DNA of 64,000 nt from Tubulanus polymorphus. Its lineage: Eukaryota > Animalia > Nemertea. Within the stretch, counting starts at the first letter, position 1. Every line of letters begins with the position of its first letter. The translations under genes were made by a program, and so were the position numbers. The notes below the pieces were generated by a model that was not told the origin of the DNA, made no database searches, and was given only the letters and a program-made list of their open reading frames with translations. The stretch covers positions 2,264,485 through 2,328,484 of the forward strand of contig NC_134027.1 in NCBI RefSeq assembly GCF_964204645.1, written 5' to 3'. Positions 54,040 to 64,000 of this stretch are shown piece after piece.

Positions 54040-56259
54040 TTAAGATGTAATTGATGCTCGCATCAATTTGTCTTCTTTCTGATCTTTCAAAGCGTCCAAT
54101 ACTTCTTGTTTTTTGGCAAAGAATGTTTTCATGTCGGCACAAGTTTGATTTACGCATCCGGGACATCTACTGGTTAACTGTTTTGTGCATGCGATGTTCT
54201 CATCTAAATGAGTCTTTACTGTGTCGGCTAATGTCTGAAATTACACATCATCTCAATGATTAAACAGATTTAACTGATCAGAAACCCTGACTATCATTTT
54301 GAAACCATTGAATACCTGTATAAATATAGGATGGTCGTTAAGGGCTCCAGCTCTACGTACATTTTTCACATCGAGCTAGAAAATGAAAAATATTTTCAAT
54401 AACACATGAGAAATTATTGCTTCAAAGCTTTCGCGATATCTATCAAATGCGATTTTGCAAGAATTCAACAACAACTTGTTTTACCTCGCTAGCCAAATTT
54501 TGAGCATATTCCAAATCCAGTTCGTATAATGTTTCAATATGGTCACTTGTAAATGCAATAGGAACAAGTAATAGATTCTTTCTGCCGTTCTTTGCCAATC
54601 CTTTCATTGCCTCATCAGTTTGAGGTCCGAGCCACGCTTGGGGTCCAACCTTCAATTCATGATCAATGTTAAAATATTGGTTTAACTCCATTCAGATATT
54701 CGCAGAACATAAACACAACTGATTCGTACCTTTGACTGCCAAACTAATCTATATTGATGACTGTACTGTAATTCTTCCATGACTTTATGAACAGTATAAG
54801 CGACCTCTGATGGATAGGTATCCCCTCTTTCGACTACTTTCATCGGTAACGAATGAGCCGAGAATAGAATAACGACGTCATCTCGATCTTCCTCGGGAAA
54901 TCTCTCGATCTCTGCTCGGATCAGACTCGCGAATGCCTGCAAAAAATTTACATCAAAATTAAGCAAATGCAATCGGGTAGGAATCTACAGGGTGCTGCTA
55001 CTTTCTGCTCGTTTACAAATCCTCTTGAGTTTCCATGTGATTCAGGGAAATTTAATTAAGTTAAACATGTTACAATTCATTTATTTTTCATTGAATCACG
55101 AACTGATAAAGAAACATGCGGTCATTTACATTATCTAGTTTCAAGGTAAAAATTTGTCAAATTCCCAGTTTTCCCTTAATTTTCTGATTCCCTCAGTTTT
55201 CCGGCCCTGTACCTACCTTCGCTAATCCAGAACTACCAGGCCATCGATCTATTGCGCTCCACACCATTTTACTGGATTCACTGCGTTTAGCATAAAACCG
55301 ATAAAGTTCATTTAAACTACTTCCTGTTGTTGAACAACTATACTGCGGATATTGAGTGAATGCGATTGCGCGTTCGATTCCATCTCTTGAATATAAAATC
55401 AAAAACATTCAATAATCAACTAATAAAGTGTGAATGGAAAGAATTACACCGGATCTGATCGTAGCAATAACTTACGATTCCATTTGTTCTAAAGCCTCAT
55501 GAGTCAACGGGTGCACGTATCGAAAACCAATATAGAATTTATGAGGAGCTGTTTAAAAATAAATGACACCTGAATTTTTGATAACAAACAACCAGTATGA
55601 GGATAGTGAGTTCGGTATGTTACCCGTTTCAGGTGAAATCTCATCTAGTAATTTCACCATTCCTTCTCCCTGTTTCTGAGTCCATTTTCCTATAGGAGAA
55701 CCTCCACCTATTTGTCTGTACTGTTCCATTATACTCGGAGTGCGTCTTCTCGCAATATATTTTGACAGTTGACTGAAGTAAACAAAAATACAATGAACTG
55801 ATGGTATCGTAATGATCCAATGATGGATGAACTGGGAAGGGTTTTACGAAAAGTTTAAGCCGTTAAGTTTGACTTATTCTCAAAAAAAAGAATTAACCGA
55901 AAATTTGAGTATAAATTCTTCGTGAATTTGCATCCAGTAGTTGTCTATCTTTGAAATATCTAACCTCTGAACTGGAAGTTTCATCAGATCTTTATCAGAA
56001 AACAGTCGTAAAAGGAAACCGTGTACATCATCGACTGTCTCTGGACCACCCATGTTCAACATTAAAATTCCAGTTTTCGGTTGGCTGAAAACGAATAACA
56101 AATTATCATCGAGACACTTCAAAAATATTCAAACTTGATCTTCCACAATTTACAGGTTTATTTGAAATAGTACCTTCCGAATGCAGTTTGTGAAGTGTGA
56201 AATAATCTTCTGACATTAGGCCTATGTGAAGACAACCTACAACACCTTGAAGTCAACAT
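54040..56259 (-). CDS. FECH: Ferrochelatase, mitochondrial
   Basis: Presequence [27 protein letters not shown]; [12 protein letters not shown]; [15 protein letters not shown]; ILFSAHSLP; VWQSKVGP; [14 protein letters not shown]; C-terminal [2Fe-2S] motif [10 protein letters not shown]. Confidence 0.96.
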
Positions 56260-56649
56260 GTTTTATAATCTGAAAAAAGGAAAGGCCATTTACTCAATGC
56301 ATCCACCCACAGCCAAAATTACTTAATGCAACAGTTTGGTCTTTTGGAAATTATGTAACTCATGTAAATAATGCTAAATTAAATAAGTAGAGGGCTTGGA
56401 AACAATATGATAACACGTTACTCATGAGAGTTAACAAAAAGCAGGTGCTCCTTTTTTCATTCTTAATTAGACTTGACAGGCACTGTCAGCTGTCAAAACT
56501 AAAAATGAATGGTTACGTAACTTGACCCAATTTCAATTGGCAATCTAATCTTAATTTAACCCAATCTTTAGACATGTCGTCGATTGAAATCATTAGAATC
56601 TCCACAGGGAGACATTTTTCTCACTCATCCACAACGAAACAGATTAATT

Positions 56650-57704
56650 ACCTCCGATTTATCCTGAAGAAGAGGTGCGCAGAGCCCGTAAAAATCCCTG
56701 GAACAACTGAACCATGAACCGGTGTTCCGGATGTCTCCACAATGACCAAGTGCGTACCCGTATCACTAATATTAGGATTTGGACTCGTATCCAGATTAGG
56801 ACTGTTGTTGGTACGTAGAGATCACGAGTTGGTCAGATAGATTAGTGTCCGCTTCACATGACTGCTCTGCTACACCGGCGCGTGAGAGGGACCCACGCAA
56901 GCTGAGGTAATTACCCGTCAACGCTTTTACAACTAATTTTCAGAATAGATCCACTTGAACCATTCCATTCAGCCCCGGCCCTGTGGATCACAGGGACTTG
57001 TCACAATTTAGGTAGTAGTGAACGAAGTAGTTAGTTACCTAATCGTTGGTGGTAAGCTTTTTATAATCGGATGGGCTTATACCAACGTGGTATAAGTGGT
57101 TTGTGAAAATATCCGATCGTGAAACTAAACCACAGACAGGTTACTGACTATGAACGAAGAACAAGTCAAGCCCAGTATACTCAAATGGATCCAGTAACCC
57201 TGTGTAGTATTATGATACATACGGGGATACTCTGGGGTGTTGGTCATTGATACTCGTTTTATTCCTCCTCATTCAGTCTGAATACCAGTCGTTTTTACGG
57301 TTCCCTACAGCAGTTGTTTGTAGAACGACGGCTAGGTACTAGACTACCTCATTCACTATCAATTGTACACTAAAGGTCATTCTCTGAATCTTTTTTTAAA
57401 TAATGAAATCCGAAATAAATTGGCCAAAAATGGCATTCCCTAATATGCCTATTAATAGAGCCCAGCAATCATTGATCTGTCATGTGATGTGAGAAGGAAG
57501 CAGTCACACTATTAGCAGTTTGTCGCAAGTGTTTTAAGTTCTCTTCCAAGTCAATAAAAACTTGAAATTATCCCTGACTTTGTCTGAAGAGGTAGAATTA
57601 GCTGCTGTCGCGGCAGACAAGAATCAAACTTTGACTTCACCTGGTTCCATACTATTTCCTTTATTTTAGCTGCATCCACAAATTAATGATAATCGGGATC
57701 AAAA
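56650..57704. promoter_or_regulatory. Probable bidirectional promoter and 5'UTR region shared by FECH and NRAMP
   Basis: Divergent genes; GC-richer core near 56650-56920 with candidate non-coding first-exon donors on both strands (minus near 56651, plus near 56907). Confidence 0.5.
57028..57150 (+). mobile_element. Family B element, 123-bp deletion derivative
   Basis: Same termini; exact 9-bp TSD tgaacgaag. Confidence 0.85.
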
Positions 57705-60700
57705 ATGGTGAACGACGATCTGAACAATGATGAAAAACAGTCTCTTCTTGTTCAAAATAATGAACCATCGACGAGTAACAGTAGCAGAGTGCACCAGTCT
57801 CCGCAGCAGCAGCAGTACGGTGGAACAACTAATAATTCAGAAAATGATCCCACTTTTGAAATAACTCCAGGACAAATTCCAATTCCGGACTCACCAGAAC
57901 ATGAAGTACGCCAACCATTTTCCTTGGGTGTTATCATAAAATGTAGGTATGGTATATCTAATTCCCAAACTCTAATTTCAGGCAAGTTTTAGTTTCCGGA
58001 AATTATGGGCATTCACTGGACCGGGATTTTTGATGAGTATTGCATATTTGGATCCAGGAAATATAGAATCTGATCTTCAAACGGGCGCGATCGCGAAATA
58101 CAAGGTATTTTCGCCTTATAGAATTCGGAAACGGACTCTAATTCTAGCCTTGATCAATCAGATGTGTAGATTATCTGTCATTTTTCTGTTTTAGTTGTTA
58201 TGGGTTCTTATGTGGTCTACAATCATGGGTCTAGCTTTACAGCTACTAGCTGCCAGACTTGGTTGTGTTACAGGTACATTTCTGAATGAATTACCTTCAT
58301 TATGAGGTTCCCGCAATACTGAGAAATTGCGAAAACTTGGGAATTTCGAAATAAAATTAACTGGTTCCTTTTAATGGTCAATTATCTTTCATGTGTAAAA
58401 ATGTAGATGTATTTGTTGTAAGGTATGAATTTGGCTGAAGTTTGTCGCAAAGAGTATAAAATCGGGCCTCGTATAGTACTGTGGTTAATGATGGAAGTTG
58501 CTATTATTGGCAGCGATATACAAGAAGTTATTGGTTCAGCAATAGCTATCAATTTACTCTCATATGATAAGTAAGTTCTCTCAATGATAAATTAGAGTTC
58601 TGTCACTTTGAAAGCATGTAATATTATATGTTCTGATGTAGGATTCCGATATGGGCCGGGGTACTGATTACCGGTGTCGACACTTTCACATTTCTCTTCC
58701 TCGAAAATGCCGGTTTACGTAAATTAGAAGCATTATTCGGCGCTCTTATTACGACCATGGCTGTCGCATTCCTTTACATGGTAAATAATATCCTTGTAGT
58801 GTCAAATAATATCGATTACTGAAATTGATTATTTGTATATTATATTCTTGTTTATTTTATAGTATATAACAGTTAAACCTGACCAGGGACAGATTCTGAT
58901 TGGTTTATGGTTCCCCTGGTGTCAGAATTGTGATTCAGCCGCGATACAGCAGCTAGTTGGTATTGTAGGAGCTGTTATTATGCCGCATAATATTTATCTT
59001 CACAGCGCTTTAGTTTTAGTAAGTATCGGTCAGAGTTTCGAATAGCGAAATTGTCGAAAGAGCACTTTAAACTCGAAACAGTATAAGGCAACAATGGTTT
59101 AACCCCTGGATCCATGTGTCTAATTTCAATCGATGTTGATAACGCTTGCGAATTTTTCAGTCGAGAATCTTGGATCGAAGAGATGAACGTAAAGTAAAGG
59201 AAGCCAATAAATATTATTCCATTGAATCAGGTAAATTTATTCATATCTTTAAGTGTTAACAATTTTTTACACCAAAACCTTGAACTTAATTCAACTGATT
59301 CGATATGATTTATTTCAGCTATTGCGCTGTTTGTGTCGTTCTTGATTAATTTATTTGTCGTCGCTGTTTTCGCGAAGGCTTTTTCTGACCGAACTGACGC
59401 AGCAACACTAAGAGTAGCTGTAAGTTTACAGTTCATCTCACATCGCAGATCTAGATATCGTCGTTATTTGTGTGTTCATTGCTTTGTTTTCTAGGGAGAA
59501 TGGATCAATGAGAAATACGGTTTGGCAGCAAAAGTAATTTGGGGTATCGGTATTCTCGCCGCTGGTCAGAGTTCAACAATGACCGGTACTTATGCTGGAC
59601 AGTTTGTTATGGAGGTAAATAGATTCTACGAAATTCGTGTTCATTGAAGAGAAAAATTGAATATAATTGTTGGTACTAATTAGTAAATTAATATTACAGG
59701 GTTTCCTGAAGATGCGATGGGCAAAATGGAAGCGTGTTTTATTAACGCGTTCTATAGCTATGGTGCCGACCATTTTAGTTGCTTTACTCGCCCATCAATT
59801 CCTCGATTTACTCAACAGTTGGTTGAATGTACTACAATCCGTGCAGTTACCGTTTGCTTTGTTGCCGGTGCTTCATTTTACGAACAGCGAGCGTATCATG
59901 GGTGACTTTAAAAACGGACGGTAAGTACTTCGCATATAGATCAAAATTGAATCGTACATTGTCCCCAAATCTAAGTAGGGTATTGTCTAGTCAGCGATAA
60001 AAACATGTGACAGCCTTTATCTAATAATAAATCATTCACGAAAGTTTTAATCATGTTTTTTTAGAGTGACACGGATTGTAATGTGGGTTTTGGCTTTACT
60101 CGTCATGTTTATCAATATGTACTTGCTATACATTTATTTGGTAAGTGTATTCATTTAGAAAATCAATAGCTTTCATCCCCATTTACATAACCGCTGCGGT
60201 AGTAATTACCTTAGAAAATTTAACGTATGTCTAAACATTGTTCATCTAACCAGTTGGTCAGTTCAAGAAGTAATTGAAATGCTACCTATTCAAGGAGGCG
60301 TTAGTAATGTATGTGCGAAGCGTTCTAAGCAATCTGTCTGGATTTAACGCGCGATGTTTGAATAAATATTAATAATAAAAATATCATCCCTTACCATAAT
60401 AACAGTGATTTATCAATATTTTCTTGTTTTATATCATAAAGGATGTAGGTTTGAAATGGTATGTGTATTTGATAGTTTCGGTCGTACTTATAGTTTATCT
60501 GCTGTTCGTTTTCTACCTCGTAAGTTTCTAGTATTTAATTGAAAGAAGATATTGATGAAAATAAGAAATATACAAAATCAGTGAACATGCATACTTTGTA
60601 TCTGAATTGCAGGCAATTGGAATCAAACAGTGGATGTATTTACAGGTAAGTCATGTTTTGAATTAATTGTTGTTGATTTCCGCATAAAGCTTTATGTCGA

Positions 60701-60895
60701 ACTTAGAATTGTATCTATTTTCTATAGATTTGGCTGTACGGAAAGTTGAATATAGATACAACTTCAGCTTATTTGGAACTGGAAGAATACTTAGAACGCC
60801 AATACTACCCTGATATTAGAAGTCTGCACAGAACTCAAAGTATTGTTCATCCAAGCGGTATCGATTTGGAAACCTCAGCCAATGAAGGCTATTAA
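57705..60895 (+). CDS. NRAMP/SLC11 divalent metal (Fe2+/Mn2+) transporter
   Basis: [31 protein letters not shown]; [12 protein letters not shown]; [21 protein letters not shown]; [13 protein letters not shown]; multi-exon GT-AG structure. Confidence 0.95.
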
Positions 60896-61768
60896 AACAA
60901 TCACTTCATATCATGAACTATCCTACATATTGTTAATTACAGGCTAATTAAGGCAGCCTCATTTTTGAGGACTATTCAGTAATATCAATCACTGCCCGTG
61001 TGTCCGATGAGAGAATCTCGACTGCGGTAAAGTTTACACATATTTTACTCGTGAAACTCTTGCCGTATTTCCGTAGAAAGAATCTCGATTGCGGTTTGAG
61101 TTTTCTTGGCTCTTCCACATGTAATTCAACGTTCATACATATATACTACTGGTATTTTGTAAGTTTTACAATATTGTGCGCTCATGAATTATGGATTGAT
61201 CAAGTGAACTATTATTATTATGATGTGATATTGGTGCTATATTTATAGATTTGAAAATAAATGAATAATTATTCTGTTAATATTTAAGTGTATTCATTTT
61301 CATTTTGACTGCTGTATTGTGTAATTGGAGGGATTTACAGATGAAACACAGTCTGATTTTTTTTTCGAGTGGCATTTGAGCACTTATAGGGATTATTTCT
61401 CTGAAATTTCCCCAAAATAGTGCTACTTTTTTGCAAGTTTACCAGAAAATTTTTTCACAACATTTTATGAAGTGATACAAACTATTGTTAAAAAATCAAT
61501 CATTTCTGGATGAATGATGTCATCTTGGAAAGTGCGAAATACTGTGTTTCAATCATTATCTTTAACCTGGAAATCTCGGAAATAAAATTTAATTTGCTTT
61601 AGATTCTTCCCCTAGCATGTGAGTTGCAGGTGGCGCAGGCAGCCGTGAGATCCCATTTTGTTGGTCAGCCTTATAACTCCAGTTTGGAATCTAACCACGT
61701 GATCAATCCGGAACAGTCAGTAGTAGAGTAGAGTGCAGATTGACTAATGGAATAGACCATTTGACAAA

Positions 61769-63763
61769 ATGGACGGGAATCCCGGAAAACGGGGTTTGCC
61801 TAAATTAAGAGAGCTTTTACGCCGTCAGAGAAGAGATTCTGAGGTATTCTTATTTCCATGTAATTCCTTTGAAGCTCATTGATTTATCGAATGAATAAAA
61901 TATTCATGTTAGACAGGAGAGAGTGACATTAATCATTGAAACTAAATTTAGTCTGTGTGTTTACCTTGTTTAATGTATTATTATATAGCTTGCTCACTTC
62001 TTGATTTCACCTCACTTCACTGTGACATTCACTTCTCAGCCTTCCTTCTTTAACCTATACATTTTCAGACTTTGAGTGATTCTCCTGATATAGATTTCGT
62101 ATATGATGATGCGGATGATTATCAAACTGAAATAGCAGGTAGGGCCTGAAAACGCTGGAAGAAACTCTTTTTTCAGTCTTTTGTAGTAGAGACTCGAGAG
62201 CTGGCCCAACCAGCCTCATACATTAACCAGCAACCACAAAAACAATGAGCCTGGGTCCAGTTCCACAGTTCTTCTGAGTTAAGATTTGACTCTGGGTTAA
62301 AACATTGAAAATGAACTTACTTTAACTCTAACTCACAACTGTGGAACTGGGTCCTGCTCTGCTGGCAGTAGCAATAGTTTCAATGCCTGCTCTACCTGCT
62401 GATATCCCCTCTCTAGGCGGATGTCGTCCTAATTCATTTTAATGAATTATTTCTTTTACAGAATTATATAGTTACACGGAAGAACCTGAATTTGAATTAA
62501 ATCAGCAATGTTTTGAAGAGGTTCTCCAGCAATACTGTAAGATATTTCCGGAACAACTTTTTATCTTTGAAATGATGAAAAAAGAGAAAAAAACTTGGCA
62601 ATATGACAAAGTTATTTTTATGTTTCAGGTCCTGGTAAAAAATGGAAGGACATGGAACACAGCGATCAGATAAACCATATAATGCGTTTACAAGATCTTT
62701 TTGAACAAAGTGATCGAGATAAAAGAATGAAAACAGTCCGAGCCGCTTTATATCTGGTTCAAGGTACATTTCTTTCTTAATTTCATGAAAATGGGAAGAA
62801 CTATTCTTCAAATTCAATTGTTGGGTATTTCAGGAATTTTTGGTGAATGTGAAACTGAAGAAGATCAGTTCAGATGGACAAGTTATAACGTGATATTACT
62901 GTATGAATGTGGAACGCTCATGTCATTTGTCGAGTTACTCAATATGGAAATGGAGTAAGTGAATCGACTCTGATTGATTGAGAAGCTCAGGGTTTATCAG
63001 GATTCTTACAGATCATAGAAAATCAGGGAATCCAGGGGCTGCATTTGACCAAAAGTTGTCACTATGAACTTTTAATTGTCACTATGTCAACTATTCCACT
63101 GGTTAACTCTAACCAACCTTTGACTGGCACATCAAAGCTCTCGATAATAAAGAGATATCACTCTTTTAGAATTCAATCAGTGAATTTTTGGTCAACAGTC
63201 GACGAATATCAGGGAAATTTGGATTCCCTGGTCTGTACAAACCCTCTAGATCAAACAATTCCTCAATGGGTTTCATTGATTTCATTTTATTTACAGAAAT
63301 GCGACTGCAACATCTTCCGCATTACGTAAACCAGCAGTATCTCTAGCTGATAGCACTGATCTAAGGTATGTTTCTGATTCCGGATTAGGAATGCAATGTT
63401 GTTTCCTCGAGTCTTAATGATTATTGTCAATATACTTTTCATTCAGAGTTATATTGAATATCATTTATTTGATGGTCGAAACAATGAGATTTGAAACTGA
63501 AAATGAATCAGATGAATGGAAAAATGTGAGAGAAAACTTTAGGAATGAATTAGGTAAATATTGCTTTATTCGATAAGCTTTAATGCGACTTTTTATAAAA
63601 CCTAATTGATATTTGACTGGTTCTCTCATTTTAAGCCGCACCGATGTTTGGAGAGGAACCTTTAGCTGTAATATTGTTCAGCATGGTGACTAAGTTTTGT
63701 AGTGGCAATGCTCCACATTTTCCGATGAAGAAAGTTCTGCTCGTGCTGTGGAAAGTGGTTCTC
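61769..63763 (+). CDS. STRIP1: Striatin-interacting protein (STRIP1/2, FAM40), 5' part; continues beyond window
   Basis: [41 protein letters not shown]; LYLVQGIFGEC; [16 protein letters not shown]; [18 protein letters not shown]. Confidence 0.92.
62254..62353. mobile_element. Short MITE (Harbinger-like, CTG TSD) in a STRIP intron
   Basis: TIRs ggtccagttccacagtt / aactgtggaactgggtc flanked by ctg on both sides. Confidence 0.65.
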
Positions 63764-64000
63764 GTAAGCGTTTATGTTGCGTCGTTTAAATTTACAAAAA
63801 TATAAACCGAGGAAATCGCGTATCAAGAAGAAATGACCGATCTGTAGAGACCATGTTTTGTAAATATGAATGATATGTTTCTATGACAGCTTTCACTCGG
63901 TGATCTGCGTACGTTTTACCACAAGAAGAATGAAGTACGATCGACGTACGACCTGCGACCGATTCCTGAAGATACGCATGAAGTTTGTAAAGCAATGCGA

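Noticed and set aside
54988-55210. cagggt..ccctg bounded segment in a FECH intron (hAT-like MITE)
   Set aside because: TIR of only about 7 bp and no TSD found.
60896-61270. Iron-responsive element in the NRAMP 3'UTR or FECH leader
   Set aside because: No CAGUGN-loop hairpin with a bulged C seen; CAGTGA hits near 60403 and 60579 are intronic.
63025-63230. cagggaatcca / tggattccctg inverted ends in a STRIP intron
   Set aside because: Probably an old MITE, but no TSD or second copy to support it.

Overview
Eukaryotic, AT-rich, intron-containing genomic DNA from an invertebrate animal (compact GT-AG introns and gene content suggest a lophotrochozoan; this is inference). From left to right: the 3' end of an Ig-domain gene; a GAT-1-type SLC6 GABA transporter with a ~10 kb first intron; a possible 120-aa orphan ORF; an intronless GPR61/GPR161-like GPCR; a secreted protein made of ~15 exon-encoded PAN/apple-like modules; a 12-Cys, probably GPI-anchored DUF19-like gene (minus strand); a tandem array of four intronless LicD/fukutin-family phosphotransferases (three intact, one broken); lysyl-tRNA synthetase with an alternative mitochondrial-targeting exon absent from the ORF track; ferrochelatase head-to-head with an atypical short-loop NRAMP; and the 5' part of STRIP1/2. 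Non-coding highlights: Penelope-like inverted-repeat insertions carrying minimal hammerhead ribozyme motifs (one with an 11-bp TSD), a three-copy element family with 9-bp TSDs (one copy inserted on a splice donor), and several Harbinger-type MITEs. All gene models were spliced and translated by eye and family calls come from motif recognition, not database searches.
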